Shown one piece after another: positions 1 through 12,839 of a DNA stretch of 64,000 nt; position 1 is the stretch's first letter, and each line of letters begins with the position of its first letter. The translations under genes and the position numbers were made by a program. Below the pieces are notes generated by a model. The model saw nothing but the letters and a program-made list of their open reading frames with translations. It was not told the origin of the DNA and did not search any database. This stretch comes from Lytechinus pictus (taxonomy: Eukaryota): contig NC_087251.1 in NCBI RefSeq assembly GCF_037042905.1, forward strand, positions 22,632,001 through 22,696,000. Reading direction: 5' to 3'.

Positions 1-105
1 TTTCATGAAAATGCTTCTAAGTTGAACAAAAATAAATGTATGGCATAGGACAAGTCAAATGGGTTTCACAATCCTTTATTTAGTGATTGAATTTGAGGTT
101 ACACT

Positions 106-647
106 TCGTAATTCCAAAGGTTCGTAATTCCGAAGGTTCTTTATTCCGAAGGTTTGTACTTCCGAAACACGTAAATTGCCTATACCTCGATGTTCGTTAA
201 TCCAAAAACGTAAAAGGGTTCGTTAATCCGAACATTTGTGGCGTTATTCCGAAGGTTCGATAATCCGAAAACGAAATAAGGTTTGATGTTCCGAAAGTTT
301 GTTAATCCGAAAACGAAATAAGGTTCGTTGTTCCGAAGGTTCGTTAATCCGAAAACGAAATAAGGTTCGTTGGTCCGAAAACGAAATAAGGTTCGTTAAT
401 CATTTCTTTTTTGGACTAACGAACCTTCGGAATTACGAACCTCATTTCGTTTTCGGATTAACGAACCTTCAGAATTACGAACCTCATTTCATTTTCGGAC
501 TAACGAACCTTCGGAATTACGAACCTTATTTCGTTTTCGGATTAACGAACCATCAGAATTACGAACCTTCGGAATTACGAACCTTCGGAAATACGAACCT
601 TCGGAATAACCGAACCTTCGGAATAACGAAGCTTCGGAATTACGAAT
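106..647. mobile_element. Foldback-like element: inverted arms built of short tandem repeats
   Basis: Left arm repeats TTCGTAATTCCGAAGG and TTCGTTAATCCGAAAACGAAATAAGG; right arm (from about 410) repeats their reverse complements CCTTCGGAATTACGAA and CCTTATTTCGTTTTCGGATTAACGAA. Confidence 0.8.
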
Positions 648-1729
648 GTATGCGGAATTTGAAACATTGACATTTTAATTTACATTAATAGTGCAAGCCT
701 CAATTTAAATGCGAGTGTCTCATAGTATGGTGGTACTGACGTTTTTTTCCCTTCAGTAATAAAAAATCTATCCACATTGTGCTCAACTCAACCCAAGTGA
801 GTTAAATGGATGCCTGCCAGGATTGATTCCATGAGAGCAACATACACTGTACAATGCATAATTGAGCACTTTTAGAAACGTACATAGACATAGACGACTT
901 GTACGAGATGACATCATTTTTTAGCCTGCCATATGCCTCAGGTCCTCACACATGTCCACTCTCAGAATCGAGAACCTCGCCACATCCATTTTGCGGTTCT
1001 CCTAAATCATAGTCGACGTGCACGTGAGTGACGTCATTTTAACTGCTCAAGCTCAGCATAAAGATCAACCTTTCCCTTTAAAACACAGTTTTCAGTGACT
1101 TTTCACAAAATTAATGTAAGTTGTACGATACATTATGTTTATCATATTTGAAATTGCTTTCTGATATCCAAAATATATATCAATATATATCCTAACTCGC
1201 GTAAAAAGGAATCAAAGCAAATGAAAGGGCAAGTGTGCACAAGTTGCACCTTCGCATCCCTCGACCGGGTCGCCAGGCGATGGTACGCCAGAACTTCTGG
1301 GTCGGGCAGCGTGTCATGACCCGCTGGTTACCGCGCTGTTTCACGTGGACGTACGTACACGTACAAGTCGAGTGAAATCTAAAGTAATCGCATCTGTAGT
1401 GAACAAGGGCAGACAACGACGTTGACTTGAACGATCAGACGACTGCTATCTGCTCCTAAAAGTCTCTATTGTTTGAGCTGAGACCAGGGTAATAATAATA
1501 TTAACACTTTTGCTTTGTATCCTCTGGAAATATGGCTATATAAATCTAATTAATATTATCATTGCCATCATTAAATCAAATTAAAAAACAGTAATGCTTT
1601 ATCAAAATGTAGGAAACACTTTGGCCAAAGATTTTGGAACTGCATCATAAATTTGTTTGGGAATCAGGGTGGTCCCTTTCCCCAACCCACCCACCCCTAA
1701 TAGATATTCAAAAAAAAAAAACTACTGAC

Positions 1730-1920
1730 CTGGTCTCCACTGGATTGCACTCTTAATGTACCTGGGGGCAGCACAACACCTTGGGGTGTGATGATACGTG
1801 ATTGTTGGGTATTGGACTGAGCACCTGGTTGGAGGATGATTGGTGGGTACCCAACCACACCACCTTGCTGCTGTTGGGTCTGGATTTGGTATGCTGGGAA
1901 TGTTTGGGTTGCACCACCAG
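1730..1920 (-). CDS. GTF2A1: TFIIA alpha/beta precursor, exon 6 (TGGATQTFPAYQIQTQQQQGG...VQSSGDQ); gene continues beyond window start
   Basis: tttacAG acceptor, GTCAGT donor; phase 1/0; Q/P/G-rich. The cleavage site and beta domain are not in the window. Confidence 0.82.
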
Positions 1921-3054
1921 CTGTAAACAAGATTTGAAATAAAAACATTTTCTTTTTAGAGATGGATGTAAAATGATGAAAATAAATAAAATGGTGCATA
2001 AAAAGGGTTGAGCTGTGCAATGGAACTTCAAGGCATTAATATTACTCAAATATACTCAAATATTAATTTTTATTAAAAGTAATTTGACACATTTAAACGC
2101 TACCTTAAGACACGTCTATTCAATGCTTCCTACTCTTAATTGTTCCGTAATTTATCATTGTGTTTGTACTTATCTCTTTCTTTCTTTCACTGCACCTTGG
2201 GCACTCTGCATACTGGATTTGGTGCACTACAAATCTCATTTATAATCATTATTATGATTAATTATGAAGTAAAATAAATGTTTTGACATAAATCTAACTT
2301 AATAATTGACATCAATTGTAAGATTGTTCATTGCACATCTTTATGGAGCCTGAAGGACGGCACTGAAGTGCTAAAATCTAAATGTTAATCCTTGTCATGG
2401 TTATTTCATTTTGAATGTTCTCTCTTTGAATTGATCAAACTTCAGAAATATGTTTCAATATTTACCTTGAAACAAAGATTTATTGGTGGACTTTTTATTC
2501 TTGGGAGCCACTGCTCAAAGACTTGAGTTTTTTTCCCCTTATACTTCTTTTGTATGGAAGCTTGCAAGGTAAGTATTGCTCTGTTTCAAATTCATAATTT
2601 TCATGCTCAAATATTTCAATCGCCTTTCCTATCAATTTGGCGAACCTAGGAAATCTTTACTAAAGTTGTGCATTACACATGATACAAATGACTTGAAAAT
2701 GAAATTCCAACCAAAGTGGATATCCCAACAGGGTGCCCTAAAAACCATTTCTAACATATTACAAAGCCTGACCTTGTGTGGACCAAAAATGTCATTTGCT
2801 TATAATTATTGATATTACTTTAAATCTCGAACGCCATACTTAAGCATATGGTTTGTGTTTGATGCTGATAATGAGGATTCAAGTTGGCTCTTCACACAAG
2901 TTGTTTAAAAAACTCTGCTTAGCTATATATAAACCTTGACAAACATTAAAAAACACCCCCTCCTCTGAGTGTGGTACAACATGGCAAAACAGGTACTCCA
3001 TTCTCTCAGTCATATACATGTATGTTAAAACCAATTGAAACATAATAGACTCAC

Positions 3055-3166
3055 TAGCTCCTTGTTGGATGGTATATGATGGTACATTCTGGATCTGTTG
3101 CTGTTGTGATTGTAGTTGAAGCATGTTCTGCTGAAGTGCTGCAGATGCTGCAACCGCTGATGAGCT
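3055..3166 (-). CDS. GTF2A1: TFIIA alpha/beta precursor, exon 5 (SSSAVAASAALQQNMLQLQSQQQQIQNVPSYTIQQGA)
   Basis: ttgacAG acceptor, GTGAG donor; phase 0/1; A/Q-rich linker typical of the non-conserved TFIIA middle region. Confidence 0.85.
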
Positions 3167-4034
3167 CTGTCAACAATAAGAAATCCATAAACAGAGGGGC
3201 ATTACACAAAATATATTTTGTCAATGAAATTAGCACAACCACCTCTAACTCCCAAAACAGTGACCATCAAAATATAAAGTTTATCACCATTGGCTTCAGT
3301 GGACAAAAACAAATCATGAGATAAGCACTTTTATTAAAGTTCAGCTTGTGGTATGTGGCTGTGAAAAAAATGTGATTGAATTTGATTTGATTTCTTTTTT
3401 TCTTCTGCATTCACATCATTCATATTTTATGATACATTTTTCGTTACATTACAAACATAGTATAATGATTGCTGTTTTTGGCATGAATCATAGCAAAAAA
3501 ATACTACCAAATTACTAAAAAATGTACGATTTGCAGAAGGATTGTTATCATAAGTAGATTGCTTGAGAAAAAAAGGCAACCCCAGATTAAAACTTGTTAA
3601 ATTGATTAATACATTTATAAAATTTCATTTGGAATACCATGATAAACTGCAGTAAAATGGAGGAATTGATTAAGACTGTTACATTGTAAATTTTCTAAAA
3701 CATGCAATCATATTTTTGTGGTTTTTTTTAATTGATAAAGGCCTCTTATAAAAGTATTCCATTCAAACGTCTCTCTCCATGCTATAAACTTTCCTAAAGC
3801 TAAATGCTAGATGTGTTAATGATTTTATTGGTCATTATGTACAATACATATATGAAAATAGGATTCTGGAAGAAATTGTGCAATTGCTGAGAAATTTGCA
3901 AAATAAGGATGGTATTCCATAAACATGCCAGTCACTTTCCAAGCAATAAAAATACACTGCCCCACATGTGCTCATATTTTTGCTCATTATGCTCCTGTTC
4001 ACCATAAATGCAACAATTCACAATGAAAGCCAGT

Positions 4035-4354
4035 GGCCCGTATTCTGAAGTCGGGTTTAATTTAAACTACCGGTATGCTCTGGTCTTAAGTTGTGGTTTA
4101 AATATGGAAAGCCAATTGTTACATAAATCTATAACAGTACAGGTTCAATTGTATCAGCTCATTTGACTCCCAAAACATTATGAACTGCCTGGGAAGGATA
4201 AGTATGACAGTTGTCTTCACCATTAAAGAATTGGTAAAGAGCACAGTAAACATGAGAAGCATTCACTCTAAACAAAATTTTGAAATTTTTGGCTTCCCAT
4301 AATTTTAGCAGTTAGACCATGGTCAAATTTAAACCCCACTTCAGAATACTGGCC
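4035..4354. mobile_element. MITE, PIF/Harbinger-like
   Basis: TIRs GGCCCGTATTCTGAAGTCGGGTTTAA and TTAAACCCCACTTCAGAATACTGGCC; 3-bp flanking duplication AGT. Confidence 0.8.
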
Positions 4355-4366
4355 AGTATGTCTTAC

Positions 4367-4431
4367 CAAGTTGTTAGATACAGATGACTGTGATGAAGGA
4401 GCCCCCTGAAGGACCATTTGCGGCTGAGTTC
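4367..4431 (-). CDS. GTF2A1: TFIIA alpha/beta precursor, exon 4 (RTQPQMVLQGAPSSQSSVSNNL)
   Basis: ttttcatcAG acceptor, GTAAGA donor; 65 nt, phase 1/0, exactly bridging the phases of exons 3 and 5; Q/S-rich linker composition. Confidence 0.8.
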
Positions 4432-4473
4432 CTGATGAAAAGATGAAAAAATAAAATGGGAAACATAATTAAT

Positions 4474-4552
4474 GGTCCGAATTCACAAAGGTGGTTTTTA
4501 AAACCATCGGTTGAACCCATGGTTTTAAAAACCACCTTTGTGAATTCAGGCC
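4474..4552. mobile_element. 79-bp hairpin MITE
   Basis: Near-perfect palindrome GGTCCGAATTCACAAAGGTGGTTTTTAAAACCAT...ATGGTTTTAAAAACCACCTTTGTGAATTCAGGCC with AAT duplicated on both sides. Confidence 0.8.
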
Positions 4553-4731
4553 AATAATAATGAACAGATTTCATTTCATTTATTTTATTTCGACACGGTA
4601 CATGTACATCAGCCAAAGGCTGTTCTTCAGAATGTCTGTGTACAGATGAATACTCAATGTGAATGGTTTATTATATAAAAAAGATAAAATAATTTATTCA
4701 AATAGTCATATATAAACTCAGTACAACTCAC

Positions 4732-4885
4732 TTTGTTGGTCGATATGTTGCCTGTCGGTTGAAGATTGGGCAATTTGATATTGTCTTGAAGCATCTTGTT
4801 GACCTTTGAACTTGCCGGCTACATGTTGAGGTTGTGGTTGGGTGAGATCTATGGCTTTTGATTGGATGAGCTTGCCCTCCCATAT
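4732..4885 (-). CDS. GTF2A1: TFIIA alpha/beta precursor, exon 3 (IWEGKLIQSKAIDLTQPQ...HIDQQ)
   Basis: Continues the conserved W-E-x-K-L-x-Q-S-K/R-A motif; AG at 4887-4886, GTGAG at 4731; phase 0/1. Confidence 0.95.
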
Positions 4886-7277
4886 CTGTTCAATCATTGC
4901 AAAGCAAAATAGACATCTCAAGATTAACCAAAATGAAACAGGAAAGTTGTTTTTTCATAATGAAACTTTATGATAATGATGATGATAATAATGATAATCA
5001 TGATAAAATAGTTTAATGATTAGAACAAATCTATTATAATATTGATACAATAATATTGTAAAATGATTACATCAACAAACAAAAGTATTTGTTAATTCAG
5101 GAAACCCTCATTAGCTTCAAGGTTTCCCCACTTTTGAACTATGCCCTTATGAGGTACTTTGCCACTAATTCCCAGGTACATGTACATGTATGTTACCTAT
5201 TTTACATCTTGTAAGCTGGAATGAGTTTTTCCCTGTATGACTTAGAAGATGTAAATAACATGTTCTGAATATTCTGGTCTGAAAAACAAATCTTTGGCTC
5301 CAGCAATTATTCAAGTTAAGGACAAATCATGCAGACTATGCTACTGTTTTATGCCAAATCCCCTAATTTTGTTTATTACTTATTTAAAAAAAATATTTAA
5401 AACTAATTTCATAAAAATCATAGATTATTCATCATTTAAATATTAAAATTGGAAGTAAAAAAAAGAAGAGACGAGTCGAAATTCGGGGGGGGGGGGGGTG
5501 TGAAAGTGAGACCCCTGAACCCATACCCACATCCATGGATTCTTTTGCCGTAAATAGGCACCCATCTCTAAGGATTTTCTGTGAAAAGACGACCCATGTT
5601 TGAATTTGAATTTTAATGTTAACACATTTCAGGTGCAATATAATATAATTCAATTCTAAACATTCTGAAAGTGTTTGGTGAGTTTCAAACCCGCACCAAC
5701 TGAAGCATATATTATACAGCACCAATTATCTGATTGCGCCATACCAGACAAATTGATCATTGGGACAAAAATTACGGTATGTAATGTACTATTCATTTTC
5801 TGTGGATATGAATATTTTTTAGGCATACTTGACTCGGCCCTGCATATTTCATCATTTGGGAGCAAACACAGTTCTAAATCTCAGACAAAATAACGTGGGA
5901 AATATAAAAATTAGTGACCCCATGTCTTCAGATTATTTTTGTGGAAATTGGAATCATGTCTAAAGATCTTTTTTATGAAAACGGGAGGTTAATGTCTAAG
6001 GATTTTTCTTGAAAAATTCACCCTTCCCAGCGGCACATCTCATATACCCAATAGGCCTGTTTTAGCCTATTTAAATTTCTTTTTTTGCTTTCGCCAAACT
6101 ACAATAAATATGGACTTATTCCAAGCTAATTGAGAGGAAGCATCAGGGAGCCCCACCCCCCCCCCCCCCCAAGCCCAAACCTGGCTGCAGACCAAGAACT
6201 TTCTAAAAGTTAAAAAAGGGGGGAAAATGAAGAGGGCAGTATCTCTATTCTGACTAGAGATTTGATGAAAGACATAAGAAATAACACCTGGCAATTTTTT
6301 TTTCATTGAGTTCTAAAAAAAAAAAAAAAATCCCTCAAAAAAAGAATGGTTGAAACAGGTCATTTATAAGTTTTCACCAGTCCAGCATGAATGACATCAA
6401 ATGGTAGTTTATTCAAAGAGACTCTATTTTAAACTTGTCTGTCTTACACATGCATAATTTCTAAAGTTTTTTTTAATTTTTTCAAAAATAAATATTCCAA
6501 TAGTGATTAATGATTGCATAGTGTGCTAAAAACTAGGTTTCAAATAATATCAAAAGATGTGCTTGAAAACAAAATAGCAATCCTCTGATTGTTTGCTTCA
6601 TATTTTATCCAACCTCAACGGTAATTCAAAGGGTCTGGAAAGAGAATAGACACGAAGACTACCAAGACATATGATCAATAAGCTTCTTTATGCATGAGTC
6701 AGGGCACCGGCGGATATTCATTGGTTCACTAAATACCACTTCATGAATATGTATAAAAACCTAAGGTCACTCAACCAAATACACGAATGTCATTGGCTGC
6801 AAGGCGATCTGTAGTCAAATGAGGCTCCAGTATAAATACATGGGCATATGCAAATCGAACCCTAACAAGAGGTCGCGGCGCTCCTGTAAAGATGGCAGTT
6901 CACGCCGAGACCGCTGCCGTGACACACCGCACAATTGGGCGCGAATGGTTCCTACAAATAAGGATTTATCGGAAAGTGGGAAAACAGAATGTGGAGTCGA
7001 AAAGAGAGGAAATTTTGTTCTTAGGGTAGGGGATCTTCTGAACAATCTATACATCGTGCTGGAGTTGGCAAAAACGAAAAAGAGGCATCCGAAAAAGCCC
7101 CTCTTGAGAGAACATCAGTCCTCTCAATCGACGTGTAATATGCATTGCCATTGCAAATATTTTCTGTGCGATTATCACAGTACCACTACCGGTACATGTA
7201 CAGAAGAACGAGAGCAGCTTTGTACATATTTTGCCACTGGCAGAATGTTCAAACAGGCGCAGGCAGCGTATTCTTAC

Positions 7278-7379
7278 CTGTTTCAGATCTTGCAAAACAT
7301 TTTCCTCCACTCCTTCGTCCAAGAATGCATCTCGAACGTTGTTAATCACATCATCGATTACACTTTTGTACAATTTGTG
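7278..7379 (-). CDS. GTF2A1: TFIIA alpha/beta precursor, exon 2 (HKLYKSVIDDVINNVRDAFLDEGVEENVLQDLKQ)
   Basis: Close match to the conserved TFIIA alpha helix region (KLYRSVIEDVINDVRDIFLDDGVDEQVL); ttttacAG acceptor and GTAAG donor; 102 nt, phase 0/0. Confidence 0.97.
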
Positions 7380-7743
7380 CTGTAAAATGCGAAAGAAGAG
7401 AATTTAGGGAAGGCTGAAAATATATATGATGAATAGATCTACATTATCAGGAAATTATTGAAAAAAAGACAAACCCCTGCAAACCATGATCATCGATTAC
7501 CAATTCATCCAATAATCTGTCGTTAATTTTGTTTATTATATTATTATCTGACGTCAAAATTTCGTCAAGAAGGATGCGTCCTCTGACTGAGTCTGACCTA
7601 TCTCCCTAAATATTTACTGAAATTTTTTATTTTAATCAAAATCAGACTCGGTTCATAGACAGTCATTTTCAAAAAAGACAATTTATTTAATTAAACACAT
7701 ATTTTTCCCCGTGAATTTTCTTATTAATCCCATAAAGGCTCAC

Positions 7744-7767
7744 CACAGTCTGAGAATTAGAAGCCAT
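7744..7767 (-). CDS. GTF2A1: TFIIA alpha/beta precursor, coding exon 1 (MASNSQTV)
   Basis: ATG at 7767 in AAAATGG context; 8 codons resembling the TFIIA-L N-terminus (vertebrate MANSANTNTV); GTGAG donor at 7743; phase 0 matches exon 2. Confidence 0.88.
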
Positions 7768-9764
7768 TTTCAAATTTCAAAAGAAAAGGTCCAGATCTGA
7801 TGAAATGAGAGTTGAAAAAAAGAGTACAGGTACGCTTCTCTCCTCACGTCTCGGCTCCACCGAAGCCACTGCAACTCTGTCGCTCGTGGCTTTTATACTC
7901 GTCAACAAGTTCTCTTTTTCACCTATAGGGGAGCGGCAAATTGAAGGAATTGTCATACCCCCTATTAAAACTCCTCGTTCAAAACTATTCAAGTTAATGA
8001 AAATATAATGTATCATTACATGTATAAAACAACAAAATTGGTTAATTGTAATTAGTTTTTATACATTTAGTAATAATATACAATCAAAAAGTCAATATTT
8101 TTTTTCATAATAGAGTTTTGTTTTCATAATTTGCTAATAGCCTTGTATGTAAAAATCGTCTGCTTCCGTTATCTAGTTTGTCGTCTGCTATATGACAATT
8201 GATGAAGAATACGAATTTGGAATAAATGCCTCAATGAATGACGAATATACCATTTTTAGCAGGTAGTTTTGATTTTTGAAAATATACAAATCATTCATCC
8301 GCAATGCAGTGAAATCCTTGGCAACACCTCGTTTCTAATTAATGTTCATGCAGGTGAATAAATAAATCTCTATCCCTTACAGGACAATGGTCTATCCTCA
8401 CAAAAAAAATGATTTGAAGAAGGATAAAATCAAACAAACAAGGTATTTGTACATCCTGGTCAGTATATAAATGAGGATTCTTGGAGATTTTTGTTTTTAT
8501 CTGACAGTAGCCATAGCAATATTGCTTCTCAGCCAATCAAAAATCAAGGTAAGTTGTCAGATCTGACAAGTTGTCGGATGAAAATGCTGATGAAACGCTC
8601 CCCTGATCGTGTAACCCGCTCACTATTTATTATTTTATGAAATATGAATGTTTTCATTTTCTCCTCATTATATTGTGAAACAAAGTTTGATTCCTCCCTG
8701 AAAATGTGGAATTAACGCTGATGTTCGATGTAGGGTTCCTTTATTGAAAAAATTTGCAAAATTTGAGATATCGTACAAAAAATACAATAGAAATAGTAAG
8801 TGAGTGAGACCATCGACTCTTTCACTTATGTGCATATGGTGAATTTAATTATTTCTGGAAAATAAACGAAGCCTTAAAATGTCATGGCTATCTTATTTCA
8901 CATCCGATTTCGATGAAGTTTCTACTTGTTTGATTTTTTTTATCTTCATTCAAATAAACTGTTGGGGGTGTACTTTCTTTTTAACATGAAAAAATGATTC
9001 CTCAAAACAGAAATTGAAACAAAGATTTTATTTACATTCAGTTAACCTTTACCGATTTGGTTGTTCAAAATCCACTTTTATTGCGCTTATCACATCGATG
9101 ATCGAGCCTTCTGATGCGCATATACAGATTAGTATAATGGTCAATATGGCTTGCCACTTTAATACAGTGTATATGCATATTCCCTAGCTAGGGGAGTATT
9201 CTATGATCAACGAGCAACTAGCCAATACATTGGCGTTCGCTTCCTTCCGGGAAACAAGGTGCATCTATGGTCACTTTACCACTACTGACCCGGTGGCAAT
9301 CGAACACAGAACCAAGGGCGCCGGAAGCGGGGGGGCAGGGGGGGGGCACTTGCCCCCCCCCCCAAATAAAATTTTTGGGGGGCAAAACGAGATTTTGCTC
9401 CCCCCCCCCCCCCATGTACCCCCCTAAAAGTAGAAAATGATAAATAATTTAAGGACAAAAGTAAACGATGAAGGCACTTTTCTGCCTAAAAATTGTAATT
9501 TCCATTGTCAAAAATGAATGACGGGGCTATTACATATCATAGTAAGCCTCGCGTCTTTTGACGATGTCCCTCTGCATGTGAAACATACCTTTGATAAACC
9601 CCTTTTCTATCTTATTACAGTGTGATAACGTTTAACCTTTTAATGAATACATTTCAGACTAAAACCGAATGGCAAATTGAAAGTGGTTCACCAATGCATG
9701 CTGGCTGTGTCGGCTAACAAACGCGCGGTCGCCCAAACGCTCAGACCGGACCCGATATCACTAA

Positions 9765-10174
9765 AGGCGACCGCACACCTTACGACTGGTCTGCGACCCG
9801 ATTTCAGAATAAAATGTTGTAGAATTTGATGCTAATATTGAGACTTGGAATGTCTTACTGTGTAATGTCATAAATCATCGTACGAATACCTATGATCAAA
9901 TCTGTGACTATATTATCATCTTAGAATAAAAGAGAATTTAATATCTAGTCGTAATGACGTCATAGCAGTCGTATGATTGGCTACGATTTGAAACTAATTT
10001 GGCCTTTACTTCAAAATAAAGGCTTGCAATCTTTCAAAATGGTTATAAGATTATTTTTTCAATTAATTTTAACCTCAAATAAAGTGATATGTTCCATTCA
10101 CATCTTCAGAAAATGAGCAAAATGCGATTTGTTCCAAAATCGGATCGCGAACAGTATAAGGTGTGCGGTGGCCT
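9765..10174. mobile_element. PIF/Harbinger-like MITE nested in the hAT element
   Basis: TIRs AGGCGACCGCACACCTTA and TAAGGTGTGCGGTGGCCT; TAA TSD on both sides. Confidence 0.85.
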
Positions 10175-11429
10175 TAACGCGCGTGAACGCTAGTTACTCG
10201 AGCAACATTATGGAATCTATGTCATAGCTGTTAAGCCCAGAAACCATAACATCTCGAGGTCGTCAATATCTCATATACTTGTTGCCTGTGGAAGTCATCC
10301 CTGAAATAGTAAGTAGATGATAAAGATATAGATTTAAATTATGAAAACTTATTTCAATTATTTCATTTTCAACTAAATATGAATTGAGTTAATACAATGA
10401 TAACAAGTCAGTGCCCTAAAGAAAATACCAAGGTCATTTCAACTCAATATAGACATGTTATCAGAAAATTACACACAGAATAATTATGTGTAGAGGATTA
10501 TAATTTGTGAAAATGGTGAATCCCACTCGAAAGCAACTTAGAGATAATGCTTATGCATGAAAAAATAAAATCATCTATGAAAGTGTCTACTTGATCTGAC
10601 TCATATTATCCGAGATATATGAATAAAAATGTAAATAAAGAATATAAAAGAAAAATAAGCGTTACAGTACTGCTCTACTATAAAAATCTTAAGATATTTT
10701 CATAGTCCCGTATTTTCCTCGATTCCTTTTCATTGGCATGATTGGCAGGCGTTTTGTCTGATACTATTTCAGCTCATATGATAATATAGCACTTTTGTAT
10801 TTTAGATTCCAAAACTCCTTCCCATTACCTGTTACTATATAATCAGATCGAGAGGCAGCTATGTTCTCTGGTTCATCCCAGCTTTTGTTATTCATGGACG
10901 TATGCAAAAATATAAAAAAATCCGGGGTGGGTGGGGCTGCAAGAACTAAATTTTCAAAGAAACTTAAGAGCGAGGGGGTTTGTGATGGGGGAGCTTTTGC
11001 ATTTTCTAGAATAAAATTGAAGGATTTCGTGCACACTTTTGGTGAATTTTCAATGAATTTTTGCCCTCTCGATCGGCGGCCCCCGGCTGCGTACGGTCAT
11101 GTTTGTCATCTTAAAGTCTTTAAAAGGCCTATATTACATTTGTTTGAAACAATTTCGTTTGCCAGGCTCGTCATTTGCTGGAACTGCGACCCTGATCATG
11201 AAGAAACGGGAGGAAACAGAAGGAGCAAAAAGAACTCCAAGACAATGCGAAAGGATCTCGATCACTCCTAACATACTTTTCAAAAGTACAAAAAAGAGGA
11301 AAAGGACACTACAAAGTCAACTCAAGCAAGTGGAGGTTTGCCAGAGTCCTCCACAATCCACGAAAACCCTGCCATATGCCAGAAGGGACAAGAAACCGAA
11401 GTTCTTTAAAGGAAAAACCCAAATCAGTC

Positions 11430-11660
11430 TACTTCAGCTAACTTCAAGAAAGACAATCACGGCAGGCGGTTTCGCCCTGAGCGGCATTTTGCCATATATG
11501 CCGACAAGGGTGCTTGCGAAAAAATCCTAGTGGTGGAAGAGAAGAAGAGGTTTTCAGCAAGAAGGGGTTTTCAAACTGGAAAAAGGCAATTTAGGCTTTC
11601 CAAAAGCATGAGCGAAGTGAAAGCCATCGCTTATGTTTCTGAAAGGATATTGCATGAAAA
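11430..11660 (+). pseudogene. hAT transposase N-terminal TTF-type zinc-finger remnant
   Basis: NFKKDNHGRRFRPE, then a frameshift/deletion, then AFCHICRQ...EVFSKKGFSNWKKAI*AFQKHERSESHRLC; the AFC-x2-C, GFxNWKKA and KHExSxxH pattern is typical of TTF zinc fingers. Confidence 0.8.
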
Positions 11661-12297
11661 TTTTTGGTATTTTGAGTCAATATAAGCGTATAATACGTAA
11701 TTTAATTGATCAGACATGAAAACCACATTCCGAAACGATTGTTTTGCGCGTAGATTTCATAGGTTCTCATAAATTATGAGTATAGTCTTTCGTAGTGAAT
11801 TCTATGTTTAATTCTCAAGAAATTTATTTTTGAATGCTCTTCGATACGCAACTTTTATACTCCATTTTTACACAAAGTCCTTACCATGGGGGGTCCCACA
11901 CACTCTCCCGCTCGATCGCTTCGGTATCTCACGCTATCAAAAATACTTGTGCCCCCTTCGGGATTTTGCCCCCCTAAAACTGAAAGTGTTCCGGCGCGCC
12001 TGCACAGAACCCACTGATTATGGCATGTTGTGATAGAACAACTAGGCGCACATTGTGAACAGACATTACAACACTTCGTTTCATAATCTTAGGCCCATGT
12101 CTTATATTTTGCTGCTGTGTCAAATTGTGTTTTACCTTATGTTTTATGTCATCTTCATGATAGATGCAAAATTGGAAGAGATAAGTTTTGAAAACCTACA
12201 TTAAACCTACATTTCTATACACTTTACTCATACCTAATGTAAATTCACTGTTTTTTAGATTGTAAATTGACCCTTTCAGCTCTGCTGTTAGCCTTTA

Positions 12298-12490
12298 GAG
12301 GCGCGATAGCTCAGTCGGTAGAGCGGGGGTTTCGGATTCCGGTGACCCGGGTTCGATTCCCAAATGGTGCGCTAGTGCCCTTTGGTAAGGCATTTATCCT
12401 CATTTCCAGGTCCCTCGGAGAGGACCTTAAGCCGTTGGTCCCCTGGTTGCTTGCTCACAGGCATTCGTGCTTTCTTAGCAGTCAGGTATA
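12298..12490 (+). mobile_element. tRNA-derived SINE
   Basis: Pol III A box TAGCTCAGTCGG and B box GGTTCGATTCCC followed by a non-tRNA body (...GGAGAGGACCTTAAGCCGTTGGTCCC...); no acceptor-stem closure. Confidence 0.8.
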
Positions 12491-12839
12491 AAACCTCGGT
12501 ATAAAGTATCCGATATGCGTCGGGCTAGTGGGCAAACTACTGACGGGCGAGGGCGCATCCCTCGCCCGTCAGTCTGCTTCGCGCGACCAGTAACTTGCCC
12601 ACTATAGCCCGGCGCATATATATCAGATAGGCTATACTCTGCTGTTGGCTAATATTTGTATGTTTATACCAATGAATAAATAATAATAATAATAGTAATA
12701 TTAAAAGTTGTTTATACCAGTTAATATATTTACAAAAATATAGTTTACCCTAATGAAAATAGGGTAGATTTAAAGAAAGTTATGAATCGCATGAAATCGA
12801 ATCAATTTTCTGACTAAGTATCGACTGGCAGTTCGAGGC

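Larger units (their letters stand above)
9313..12002 (+). mobile_element. Internally deleted hAT-type DNA transposon
   Basis: 8-bp TSD CACAGAAC (9305-9312 and 12003-12010); TIRs CAAGGGCGCCGGAA and TTCCGGCGCGCCTG; transposase remnant inside. Confidence 0.88.

Noticed and set aside
299..670. 123-aa repetitive ORF or CRISPR-like array
   Set aside because: Translation of a foldback repeat; no unique spacers, and the context is eukaryotic.
6819..7385. 188-aa plus-strand ORF
   Set aside because: Antisense to GTF2A1 exon 2 and intron, with no recognisable domain.
11099..11530. 143-aa ORF as a host gene
   Set aside because: Lies within the hAT element; the transposase-like motifs are in other frames, broken by stops and frameshifts.
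12298..12372. tRNA gene
   Set aside because: A and B boxes are present, but the 3' side does not close an acceptor stem and runs into a SINE body.
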